Source of the DNA: an uncultured Candidatus Saccharibacteria bacterium
GTDB taxonomy: Bacteria; Patescibacteriota; WWE3; UBA101185; UBA10185
DNA length: 64,000 bases
Assembly: GCA_964567095.1 (NCBI GenBank)
Contig: CAZMKN010000001.1
Span: 11,675-75,674, forward strand
Direction: 5' to 3'
The notes beneath the pieces are model-generated. The model saw only the letters and a list, made by a program, of their open reading frames with translations. It did no database searches and had not been told where the DNA came from. Shown here piece by piece: positions 1 through 9,196 of the stretch. Within the stretch, counting starts at the first letter, position 1; each line of letters opens with the position of its first letter. Position numbers and translations under genes: made by a program.

Positions 1-1
1 C

Positions 2-1711
2 TCCTCAGATATTCCATGGGCAGGCCCTACGGTTTCCGCAGTTGTAGGATACGTCGGAAAAGAGTATGTCTTAAATCCCTCTGAGGAAGAGTTAGGAAAA
101 TCGGAATTGAGCCTCGTGGTTTCTTTTGTGGGTAAAGACCTCAAGTATTTGGCGATGGAGGCTGAGGCCGAAAATCTGCCGGAAGAAGTGATTTTAGGTG
201 CCGTTGAATTTGCCAGAAACCAGTTAAAGCCCGTTGTGTCTTTTATCTCGGATTTTGCGGAGGAGGTAAATCCGGGTTTGGTAAAAGCTGAATATGAATC
301 TCAAGCATTACCGGAAGCGTTGGTAAATGACGTTAAGGGCGTTATTGAAAGTAGGGTAGAAGAGCTACTCTATGGTGGAACACTGGGAAAATCCGAGTTT
401 GGGAAAAGGCACGATGAGATGATGGCGGAAGTTTATGAGAAGTTTGAGGGTGTTTACAAAAGGAAGAATATGGCAGCCGCTTTCGAGGAGATTGAAAAGG
501 ATATATTGCAGGAGCAAGAAATTAAAAACGAGCGTCGCCCAGACGGAAGAGGCGTAGGAGAAGTTCGTCCAATAACCTCGAAGATAGGGGTTTTACCTCG
601 GACACATGGAAGCGCCTTGTTCACAAGGGGAATGACTCAGTCAATGACGGTAGCAACTTTGGGCTCTCCTGGCTTAGAGATGTTGGTTCACGATATGTAT
701 GGAGAAGGCTCCAAAAGGTATGTACATTTCTATAATTTCCCTCCTTATTCTGTCGGCGAAACCGGAAGAATAGGCTATCCCGGAGCGCGTGAAATAGGCC
801 ACGGGACTTTAGCGGAAAGAGCCCTTAAGCCGGTAATTCCCTCCCAAGAAAAATTCCCTTATATGATAGTTTTAATGTCCGAAACTTTGTCTTCGAGCGG
901 TTCTAGCTCCATGGCTTCTACTTGCGGATCTACACTTGCATTAATGGATGCCGGAGTTCCAATCAAAGATATGGTGGCGGGTATTGGTGTTGGTTTAATG
1001 GCAAACGATGATTTTAGCGAGTATAAGATAATCACAGATTTGGCCTACAGAGAAGATGCTTTTGGATTCCTGGATTTCAAGATGGCAGGTACCCGAACCG
1101 GAGTTACAGCTATACAAAGTGATATGAAGGCTCAAGGAATTCCTATGGCACTTTTGCCCAAAATCTTTGAGCAATCCCATGAAGGACGACTACACGTTTT
1201 GGATGAAATGTCCAAGACTATTAAAGAGCCGAAAAAAGGAGTTTCGCAATATGCTCCAAAGAGTAAGAGTATAAAAATAGATCCGGACAAAATAGGTATG
1301 GTAATTGGCGGCGGCGGAAAAACTATTAATGGGTTACAGGACGATATGAATGTGGCTATTAATATTAACGATGACGGAACCGTAACTGTTACAGGAGAAG
1401 ATTTGGGAAATGTAGAAGGTACTGTAGAGCGGATCGAAGGTATTGTTAAAGATGTCGAAATAGGGGAAGTTTATGAAGGAGCAGTTAAGGACATAGTTGA
1501 TTTCGGCGCTTTTGTTGAACTTCTGCCGGGTAAAGATGGGCTCTTGCACGTTAGTGAAATTTCTCAGGAATATGTGGAAAATGTTAGAGATTATCTAAAA
1601 GTTGGAGATGTGGTTAAAGTTAAGGTTATTGACGTTAAAAACGGTAAAATTAGCCTTTCCAAGAAAATTTTGGAGGAAAAGCCGGGTCAATTGGATCGCA
1701 GGGGGCGTTAA
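2..1711 (+). CDS. pnp: Polyribonucleotide nucleotidyltransferase (PNPase), 5'-truncated by the window edge
   Basis: Frame is open from base 2 (SDIPWAGP...). Contains RPDGR, RTHGSALFTRG, SSSMAS and DFKMAG motifs, then KH (IGMVIGGGGK) and S1 (DFGAFVE..DGLLHVSEI) domains. Confidence 0.97.
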   Translation, partial: SSDIPWAGPTVSAVVGYVGKEYVLNPSEEELGKSELSLVVSFVGKDLKYLAMEAEAENLPEEVILGAVEFARNQLKPVVSFISDFAEEVNPGLVKAEYESQALPEALVNDVKGVIESRVEELLYGGTLGKSEFGKRHDEMMAEVYEKFEGVYKRKNMAAAFEEIEKDILQEQEIKNERRPDGRGVGEVRPITSKIGVLPRTHGSALFTRGMTQSMTVATLGSPGLEMLVHDMYGEGSKRYVHFYNFPPYSVGETGRIGYPGAREIGHGTLAERALKPVIPSQEKFPYMIVLMSETLSSSGSSSMASTCGSTLALMDAGVPIKDMVAGIGVGLMANDDFSEYKIITDLAYREDAFGFLDFKMAGTRTGVTAIQSDMKAQGIPMALLPKIFEQSHEGRLHVLDEMSKTIKEPKKGVSQYAPKSKSIKIDPDKIGMVIGGGGKTINGLQDDMNVAININDDGTVTVTGEDLGNVEGTVERIEGIVKDVEIGEVYEGAVKDIVDFGAFVELLPGKDGLLHVSEISQEYVENVRDYLKVGDVVKVKVIDVKNGKISLSKKILEEKPGQLDRRGR

Positions 1712-1738
1712 TAGTTGATATTTGGTAGAATTTAGTAA

Positions 1739-2830
1739 ATGGCTAACGAAACTGCCCCGGCTACCCCGGACACAAAAAACTTCATCTTCGATGAGTTAGA
1801 CGCTCTTTCCAGTAAAATAGATTCCACAAAAGGGTTGCCCGAACCTTTGAAAGAGCGAATACATCAGATGCTACGCCGTTTGGATAGGATGGCTAAGCTT
1901 GGGCATTACGCCGCAGAATTTGATACTCTAGCGCGCTATATTGAGGTGATTGCATCAATCCCATGGGAGGCGGCAACAGAAGATAATCTGGATATCAACC
2001 GAGCCAAGGAAATACTTGATAGTAATCACTACGGCATGCCCATGGTAAAAGAGCGAATTTTGGAATATTTGGCGACCATGACGTTGATAAAAAGAAAAGG
2101 TGAGAATGCTATAGCCAAATCTCCGGTTTTGCTGTTGGTTGGTTTGCAGGGTGTCGGTAAAACTACACTCGCAAAGTCTGTGGCAGATACTTTAGGGAGA
2201 GATTTTGTGAGAATTTCTGTAGGAGCTATCGGATCGACCTTGGAGCTAAGGGGTACGAGTAAGACATTCCCCGGAGCCGAGCCAGGCCAGATTGTTAAGG
2301 CTTTAATAAAGACGGAGGTTCGGAATCCACTTATCTTGATGGATGAGATAGAAAAAGCTAGCGGTCAAAAAGGCCTTTTATCGGATATTATGGCGGTTTT
2401 GCTTGAGATACTGGACCCCAACCAAAATCCCGATTTCAGAGATCACTATGTTGACTATCCTGTGGATTTGTCACAAGTTCTGTTTATATGTTCGGCCAAC
2501 AATACAGGAACCTTATCAGCAGCGCTCTTAGATCGTATGGAAATTGTTAAAATGCCCTCGTATACAAACCAGGAGAAGGCAGTTATAGCGAGGGAATACT
2601 TACTTCCTAAGGTAAGGGAAAACTCTGGGTTGAAACCGGAAGAGTTGGACATTGACCCAAACCTGTGGCCTGAAATCGTTAATCCGTTTGGATATGATTC
2701 AGGTATACGAAGTCTTGGAAGAATAATGGAAAGTATGTGCAGAAAGGTGGCGAAACAGATAGTTACAGGAGAGGTATCAAGTGTATACATCACTAAGGAA
2801 AATCTTAAATTTTACATGCCCTCTTGGTAA
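1739..2830 (+). CDS. lon: Lon-type AAA+ ATPase module only (no N-domain, no Ser-Lys protease domain)
   Basis: Lon signatures LDSNHYGM..VKERILEYL, Walker A GLQGVGKT, Walker B LMDEIEK, LLEILDPNQN..FRDHY, ALLDRME. Protein ends at 363 aa. Confidence 0.85.
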   Translation: MANETAPATPDTKNFIFDELDALSSKIDSTKGLPEPLKERIHQMLRRLDRMAKLGHYAAEFDTLARYIEVIASIPWEAATEDNLDINRAKEILDSNHYGMPMVKERILEYLATMTLIKRKGENAIAKSPVLLLVGLQGVGKTTLAKSVADTLGRDFVRISVGAIGSTLELRGTSKTFPGAEPGQIVKALIKTEVRNPLILMDEIEKASGQKGLLSDIMAVLLEILDPNQNPDFRDHYVDYPVDLSQVLFICSANNTGTLSAALLDRMEIVKMPSYTNQEKAVIAREYLLPKVRENSGLKPEELDIDPNLWPEIVNPFGYDSGIRSLGRIMESMCRKVAKQIVTGEVSSVYITKENLKFYMPSW

Positions 2831-2859
2831 TGCTCGGCCTATGTTAGTTATAACGAAGA

Positions 2860-3516
2860 GTGGGGGAAAAGATGAATAAAACCGAAGTAATGCAGAGACT
2901 TGCGTTGAAAATTAAAGAGTGTCGGGAATGCGATTTGTATAAAGAGGCTCAAAAGGCAGTTCCCGGTTCCGGGAATATAGATGCTGATATCGTTTTCATA
3001 GGCGAGGCCCCAGGCGCTAGGGAAGATGCTACTGGAATACCTTTCGTCGGGAGAGCGGGAAAGTTACTAGATTTCCTCCTATCTGAGATTGGCTTGAAAC
3101 GCCAGGATGTTTGGATAGGAAATGTAATAAAGCATCGCCCCCCAAACAATAGGGACCCAACTCCTGCGGAAATTGTAGCGTGCGAGCCCTATTTGACGGT
3201 TCAGCTAAGAACTATTAAGCCTAAATTGATTGTTACACTAGGTCGGTTCGCCATGTACTATTTCTATAAAGGCGGTAAAATCTCTAGGGATCATGGTAAT
3301 CTTATAAGGATATCCGATTCCAAATTTGGGTCGGGGACATTTATTTATCCGGTTTACCATCCGGCTGCCGGGTTACGTAACGGAGCTTTTAAAGAGGCTC
3401 TGGAGGAGGACTTCAGAAGAATTCCGCAGGTTCTGGAGCAGATAAAGCTAGATCGAGTAGAAAATATTGTATCTTCTTCAGTAGAAGAGAAAGGCCAAAT
3501 AAAATTGGATTTATAA
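2860..3516 (+). CDS. Uracil-DNA glycosylase family 4 (Fe-S type)
   Basis: CxxC, GEAPG, PFVGRAG, RPPNNR and YHPAA motifs. Alternative ATG start at 2872. Confidence 0.93.
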   Translation: MGEKMNKTEVMQRLALKIKECRECDLYKEAQKAVPGSGNIDADIVFIGEAPGAREDATGIPFVGRAGKLLDFLLSEIGLKRQDVWIGNVIKHRPPNNRDPTPAEIVACEPYLTVQLRTIKPKLIVTLGRFAMYYFYKGGKISRDHGNLIRISDSKFGSGTFIYPVYHPAAGLRNGAFKEALEEDFRRIPQVLEQIKLDRVENIVSSSVEEKGQIKLDL

Positions 3517-3519
3517 ACT

Positions 3520-5193
3520 ATGTTAAAAATAATTAACTTAAGTGGCACAGAAAATGTCACAAAAAACTTAACTGTATTTGAAACGGAAAACGATATTATT
3601 ATCGTTGACTGTGGTGTGGGTTTCCCTGATAGCGATATGTTAGGAGTGGATATGGTAATTCCTGATATGACATATCTAAAGGAAAATATGCACAAAATTC
3701 GTGGTCTGTTCTTGACCCATGGGCATGAAGATCATATTGGAGCTGTACCCTATTTCTTGGCGGAATTTCCCAACGTTCCCGTTTACTCTGGTAAATTGGT
3801 TTTGGGGTTTTTGCGAAGAAAGTTTGATGAAAAGAGGAAATACAAAGGAGTGCCTAAAAACCCTTCATTGCACGAAATAGGTCCTGATTCTGAGCCCGTA
3901 ACTTTAGGTGATTTTACACTCGAAGCTTTTGGGGTAAATCACTCGGTACCGAATTCTTTGGGTTTCGCTATAAGAACTTCTGAAGGTTTAATTCTCCACA
4001 TATCAGACTTTAAGATAGATTTAACCCCTGTTATTGATGCCCCTATCGATTTAAATAGGATCGCTGGATATGGTGATGAGGGCGTTATGTGTTTATTGTC
4101 CGACTGTTTGGGTGTTACTTCAGAGGGCTACTCTCAGCCGGAAAAAGACCTGTCCGGAACATTTGACTTATTGTTTGATGAGGCGGCAGGCAAGCAGATT
4201 CTTGTAACCACGCTTTCGTCCAACATTTCCAGAATACACCAAATAGTAGAAAGTGCCAAAAAAGTAAATAGAAAAATAGTTCTTCTTGGCCGTTCCATAC
4301 AGCAAAATGTGGAAGTGGCACGTGGCTTGGGATATCTTCCCTTTAAAGATGATGTTTTTGTGGATCCAAGAAATTCTCCAAAGTATTCCCAAGCCGATTT
4401 AGTCTACATTGTCGCCGGAAGTTATGGTCAGCCCGGCTCAGCCTTAGGAAGAATAAGTAGAAGCGAGCACCAAGATGTAGCATTACAGGAAGGAGCCTAC
4501 GTGATTTTTTCAGCGGATCCAAGTCCACCCGGAGTAGCGGAGGACGTAGATAAAGTCCAAGACAAGCTGACGTTGCTGGGCGCTAATGTTTTGTTTAGCC
4601 AAATCCAGGATAATTTACATGTTTCAGGTCACGGAACACGCGGAGATTTGGAAATGGTGGCCTATTTATCAAAGGCTAAATATTACGTTCCTATTGGAGG
4701 AACTATAAAGCGCATGAGAATTTATTCCAATATGATAGGTGGTTTAGGTCGTCCCCAAGAGAACGTTTTCGAACAGTTGGGGGGAGATTCGGTTGTGTTT
4801 GAGAATGGTAAAGCGAGAAAAGGTGACCACGTTGAAGTTAAAGATGTTTTCTTAGACGGCTCTACCGTAGGTGATGTAGGACCTTTGGTTCTGCGGGATC
4901 GAGAGCAGTTAGCTGATGATGGCATTTTTGTTGTTATAGTTCCTATAAATCAGAAGTCTCGTAAATTAGCGGGAGATGTTGAGGTTGTAACACGAGGTTT
5001 TATTTATGTGAAGGAGTCAGCAGATCTTATTAACAAGACAAAGCAATCTATTATGGGTTTGCTAGAGAGTAGAAAAAATGATTTGAGGAATTGGAACGAG
5101 GTTAGGGAGGGTATCGAGAAGAGAATGAATAAGATGCTTTATAAGGAAACTGGGAGGAATCCTTTAATCTTTATACAAGCGATTTATCTATAA
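3520..5193 (+). CDS. rnj: Ribonuclease J
   Basis: Metallo-beta-lactamase THGHEDHIG, NHSVP, DFKID and HVSGH motifs; RNase J-type C-terminus. Confidence 0.95.
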   Translation: MLKIINLSGTENVTKNLTVFETENDIIIVDCGVGFPDSDMLGVDMVIPDMTYLKENMHKIRGLFLTHGHEDHIGAVPYFLAEFPNVPVYSGKLVLGFLRRKFDEKRKYKGVPKNPSLHEIGPDSEPVTLGDFTLEAFGVNHSVPNSLGFAIRTSEGLILHISDFKIDLTPVIDAPIDLNRIAGYGDEGVMCLLSDCLGVTSEGYSQPEKDLSGTFDLLFDEAAGKQILVTTLSSNISRIHQIVESAKKVNRKIVLLGRSIQQNVEVARGLGYLPFKDDVFVDPRNSPKYSQADLVYIVAGSYGQPGSALGRISRSEHQDVALQEGAYVIFSADPSPPGVAEDVDKVQDKLTLLGANVLFSQIQDNLHVSGHGTRGDLEMVAYLSKAKYYVPIGGTIKRMRIYSNMIGGLGRPQENVFEQLGGDSVVFENGKARKGDHVEVKDVFLDGSTVGDVGPLVLRDREQLADDGIFVVIVPINQKSRKLAGDVEVVTRGFIYVKESADLINKTKQSIMGLLESRKNDLRNWNEVREGIEKRMNKMLYKETGRNPLIFIQAIYL

Positions 5194-5212
5194 TTCTGAT
5201 ATTATTGGCTCA

Positions 5213-7489
5213 ATGTCCAGGAAACGAGGTAGAAAGAAAAAATTCAGGCTTAATGTTAATTTTTACATTCGCCCGGAGGTTATAAAGTCTATTGCGGTAA
5301 TATTTTTCTTTTTATTGGGGGCTCTAAGTCTCATTTCTTTTTTTACCACTGGATATTCTTTAAACGCCAAAATTAAAACCCTACTCATGAAAAGTTTTGG
5401 TTTAACAGCGTTTATTGTTCCGATAATCTTTTTGTTGATCGCAAGTTTCTTCATAGACTCGATAAAAGCCAAATTTAAGGATTTTCGGGTGCTGTTCGGT
5501 CTTTTAGGGCTTTTCGTTCTTGGATCGGGGTTTCTATCTTTATTCTGTTGGAGATATGAGCCGTTTACCCGAGCTTCAGAAGGAAAGTGCGGAGGATTAA
5601 TGGGCTATAAGATTCTTTCTTTTCTTAATGGTGTTGTAAGTATCTACGGAGCCACATTGATCTTGATAGCTGGTGTGGTTATTTCCATAGTCCTACTTTT
5701 TAATATCTCATTGAATGGGCTTTTTGAAAAAGTATATGGCTATATTAGAACCTTTTTGCCTTGGAAGGAAAAAGAAGGTTCCTCCTCCGAATTGGAGAAG
5801 GCTCAAGAAGAAGATCCAATGGTAAACGGTACAATTAGTCAGCTTGCAGCTAGGGTTTTAAATACAGCTTCCGATGAGGAAGATAATGTTTCTGCCGGGG
5901 ATATATTTGTTGGAGAGACGGAACCACCAAAAATAAAAGTCCTTCCTTCTTATTCAGAACCTCAGGGCGAGGGTGTGGAGGTTACTAGACCTTCTTCTGA
6001 GGAAAACTCTGTAAGTTCTCTAGTACCCAGTCTCCCTTATACCAATAGAGTTTGGCGGTTACCGCCTCTCAATCTGCTAGAAGATCCGCCACTTATCCGT
6101 CCGGATGCAGGCAATGTTAAAAAACGAGCTGAAGTTATCGAGAGCACCTTAAAATCCTTTGGCATAAGGGTTAAGGTGGCCGAAACGGATGCGGGACCTT
6201 CTGTGACAAGATACGCTTTGGATGCAGCTACGGGGACTAAGATTTCTAAAATTGTCAGTTTGCAAAATGACTTGGCCTTAGCCTTAGCTTCACCAACTGG
6301 ATCTGTCCGCGTGGAGGCTCCGATTCCAGGAAGGTCTCTGGTTGGAATAGAAGTGCCTAATAATAATCGTGTCACAGTCCACTTTAAAGAGTTATTAACA
6401 TCGGATCCTATGAAATCGCTGAAATCCAAGTTGGGAATAGTTTTAGGTAAGGATGTTGGTGGCGGTACTCATGTTTATGATATCGGCCGAATGCCCCACC
6501 TGTTAGTTGCGGGGACTACAGGCTCAGGAAAATCCGTTTTTTTGCATTCCATTCTGTTCTCAATTTTATATAGAACTACCCCACAGGAATGTAAGTTTAT
6601 CTTAATCGATCCTAAAAGGGTTGAATTTACTCATTACTCCGATATTCCTCATTTATTAACCCCTGTTATAACGGATGTCGAAAAAGCACCCTCCGTTTTT
6701 AAATGGGCCGTAATGGAGATGGGTCGGCGATATAAGCTCTTTGAGAAGGCTCGCGCTAGAAATATTGATTCCTACAATGAAAAATCCGGTTTTCAAGCCC
6801 TTCCATACATTATGATAGTTGTTGATGAGTTGGGCGAAATAATGATATCTGATCCTGCAGATGTGGAAAAAAGTATTATCCGTATGGCTCAATTAGCTCG
6901 GGCAACTGGGATTCACTTGATTTTATCTGTACAAAGACCTTCCACAAACGTGATTACAGGTTTAATCAAGGCTAATATCTCTTGCCGAATCGCTTTCAAT
7001 GTCTCTAGCCAAATCGATTCTCGTGTAATTATAGACCAACCCGGAGCCGAAAAGCTGTTGGGTAGCGGTGATATGCTGTTTGTACCTCCCGATTCATCAA
7101 AGCCCCTTCGATTACAGGGCCCCATGATAACGGAAAAGGAAATCTTTGATTTGGTCGAGTACTTGAGGTCCCAAGGAGTGGAGCCTGATTACAAAGAGGA
7201 GGTTGTTAATGCTGCCGAAAAGTTGGTGAAAAAAAATACTAGTGTTTCTGCTGGTGGCGAGGCTGTTGATGTGCTTTTCGATAAGGCCGTTGATGTCTGC
7301 TTGAATGCTGGAAGAGCCTCTGCTTCTTTGTTGCAGCGCCGTCTTTCGATAGGATATGCTCGCGCCGCTAGAATATTAGATGAGCTAGAGGCAGAACATA
7401 TTGTTGGCCCTAAAAATGGTAGCCGTCCTAGGGAAATATTAATCGATAGTCGTCGAAACGAGGGCGACTACGACAGTTTTTCCTTTTAG
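5213..7489 (+). CDS. ftsK: DNA translocase FtsK/SpoIIIE
   Basis: N-terminal TM helices, PHLLVAGTTGSGKS, IVVDEL, QRPS, GAEKLLGSGDML, gamma domain SLLQRRLSIGYARAARILD. Confidence 0.96.
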   Translation: MSRKRGRKKKFRLNVNFYIRPEVIKSIAVIFFFLLGALSLISFFTTGYSLNAKIKTLLMKSFGLTAFIVPIIFLLIASFFIDSIKAKFKDFRVLFGLLGLFVLGSGFLSLFCWRYEPFTRASEGKCGGLMGYKILSFLNGVVSIYGATLILIAGVVISIVLLFNISLNGLFEKVYGYIRTFLPWKEKEGSSSELEKAQEEDPMVNGTISQLAARVLNTASDEEDNVSAGDIFVGETEPPKIKVLPSYSEPQGEGVEVTRPSSEENSVSSLVPSLPYTNRVWRLPPLNLLEDPPLIRPDAGNVKKRAEVIESTLKSFGIRVKVAETDAGPSVTRYALDAATGTKISKIVSLQNDLALALASPTGSVRVEAPIPGRSLVGIEVPNNNRVTVHFKELLTSDPMKSLKSKLGIVLGKDVGGGTHVYDIGRMPHLLVAGTTGSGKSVFLHSILFSILYRTTPQECKFILIDPKRVEFTHYSDIPHLLTPVITDVEKAPSVFKWAVMEMGRRYKLFEKARARNIDSYNEKSGFQALPYIMIVVDELGEIMISDPADVEKSIIRMAQLARATGIHLILSVQRPSTNVITGLIKANISCRIAFNVSSQIDSRVIIDQPGAEKLLGSGDMLFVPPDSSKPLRLQGPMITEKEIFDLVEYLRSQGVEPDYKEEVVNAAEKLVKKNTSVSAGGEAVDVLFDKAVDVCLNAGRASASLLQRRLSIGYARAARILDELEAEHIVGPKNGSRPREILIDSRRNEGDYDSFSF

Positions 7490-7510
7490 CTAAAGATCAA
7501 CGAAATTATT

Positions 7511-8221
7511 ATGAAAAATCTAGGCGAGATTTTAAAGGCGCAAAGGAAAAAGCGTAAATTAACTTACAATCAGGTCTACTCAAGGACAAAAATACAGCAG
7601 TATTATATTAAGGCTTTGGAGCAGAATGATTACAGTGTTTTCGACGGGCGACTTCACGCAAAAGGTTTCCTGAAGATATACGCAGAACTCTTGGGTCTAA
7701 ATGTTAACCAGATTTTAGCCCTGTGGCGAAGAGAATACGGCTATACATTTGAAGACTCTTTTGATATTCAAGAGAGTTCCTCCACACGAAAGCTAATAAA
7801 AAGCCTAAAGAATAATATAACTATAACTCCCACGAGAATTTTTGTATTTCTAGGTACCTTTTTATTGCTGAGTTTTTTCGGTTATCTCTTTTATTCCTAC
7901 AAAAAATACTCCGGTCCTCCGGCGTTGGAAATTTATTCTCCGGAAAACAATGCGATAGCGGAAAATTCCCTAATTGATATTACCGGTAAGACGGATATTG
8001 ACTCAGTTTTGTTTGTAAATGGGGAAAGAATACTTTTGCAGCCAGACGGCGATTTCGCTACCTCGCTTAATCTAAGGGAGGGGGTCAATACATTAAGTAT
8101 TACTTCTATCAATAAGTTGGATAAAAAAACAGAAAAGGTTTTAACCGTGCTCTATCGTCCCCATACCTACAAAAATGTTGAAGTACTTGAATCTTCCGCA
8201 ACATCGAGTGACACTCCATAA
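7511..8221 (+). CDS. RodZ-like HTH membrane protein with C-terminal Ig-like domain
   Basis: N-terminal LGEILK..R HTH with GFLKIYAELLGL, one TM helix, beta-rich C-terminus; directly follows ftsK. Confidence 0.75.
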   Translation: MKNLGEILKAQRKKRKLTYNQVYSRTKIQQYYIKALEQNDYSVFDGRLHAKGFLKIYAELLGLNVNQILALWRREYGYTFEDSFDIQESSSTRKLIKSLKNNITITPTRIFVFLGTFLLLSFFGYLFYSYKKYSGPPALEIYSPENNAIAENSLIDITGKTDIDSVLFVNGERILLQPDGDFATSLNLREGVNTLSITSINKLDKKTEKVLTVLYRPHTYKNVEVLESSATSSDTP

Positions 8222-8259
8222 TAAAAACATTATGCTATACTATTGAGTAGTTACTGCCT

Positions 8260-8547
8260 ATGTCTACAGAAACACTAACCACAATTCTTATAGTTCTACT
8301 AAGCGTAAATTTTGTGCTTTGGATTATATTTTTAATCTTTCTTTTAGTGCAAATTCGGAAGGTCTTTAACGCTGTTCACGAAATCTTAGGTAATATCAAC
8401 GAATTTTCTTCGTCGTTTATGAGCAAAGCATTGTCGGTTCTTCCGTTGGTATTCGGAGTATTAAAAAGTTTTAAAGCTGTAAAGTCCATCACTACTTTGA
8501 GTGATGCATTTGATTCAGATTCTAAGAAGGAGAAGAAAGATGACTAA
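8260..8547 (+). CDS. Small membrane protein (DUF948/YoxC-like)
   Basis: N-terminal TM followed by an amphipathic helix; precedes a YtxH-like gene. Confidence 0.55.
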   Translation: MSTETLTTILIVLLSVNFVLWIIFLIFLLVQIRKVFNAVHEILGNINEFSSSFMSKALSVLPLVFGVLKSFKAVKSITTLSDAFDSDSKKEKKDD

Positions 8548-8797
8548 GGAAAGAAAGAACAGGTTTTTGTTTGGCGCGGCCTTGGGTACTTTATTTGGTT
8601 TTTTGTTTGCTCCAAAAAAGGGTAAAGAAACACGAGAGCAGCTTTCCGAGAATGTGGATAAGCTGAAAGACACGTTGGAAGGAGCTGTGGAGGAGGGTGC
8701 AAAAAAGATTTCCGAGGTGCAGGAGGAGGCTAAGCCTTACGTCGAATCCTTGAAAAAAGGACTAGAAGGAGACGGGCAAGAAGAAACAGAAGAGTAG
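8540..8797 (+). CDS. YtxH-domain protein
   Basis: FLFGAALG..FGFLFAPKKGKETRE motif; AAGGAG upstream of ATG 8540. Confidence 0.8.
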   Translation: MTKERKNRFLFGAALGTLFGFLFAPKKGKETREQLSENVDKLKDTLEGAVEEGAKKISEVQEEAKPYVESLKKGLEGDGQEETEE

Positions 8798-8800
8798 TTT

Positions 8801-9196
8801 ATGGTGGACACAGATATTAATAAACTTAATGATACTGATGATGTAGTGGATTCCGGAAGCATCGAAGCTGTTCGTATGCCTGCGCAAACACCTCCAGAAG
8901 CATTCCCTTTAAGGGAAAAGTTAAAGTCTGTTGAAAGTGAGAAGGCTTTGGAGGCTTTTCCGTCTCCACGACCCCCTATGCCAAAAACAAGATCGGAGTC
9001 TCTAGAGGAAGAACTTTCTGTAGGAATGGGAGAAGATGATCCTGTGAGTAAGTCGGAGGGGCGTTTGGTAGACACACGCGGGAAAGGCGACGTGTCTAAA
9101 ATCGAAACTTTAGATGAGCTAACCAAATACGGAGATCAGGAAGAAAATAAGTTCATTAAAGGTGTCAAGTCTGCCCATGGACCTAGCGAATCTTAA
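8801..9196 (+). CDS. Hypothetical acidic, probably disordered protein
   Basis: 131-aa ORF tightly packed between its neighbours; no recognisable motif. Confidence 0.55.
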   Translation: MVDTDINKLNDTDDVVDSGSIEAVRMPAQTPPEAFPLREKLKSVESEKALEAFPSPRPPMPKTRSESLEEELSVGMGEDDPVSKSEGRLVDTRGKGDVSKIETLDELTKYGDQEENKFIKGVKSAHGPSES

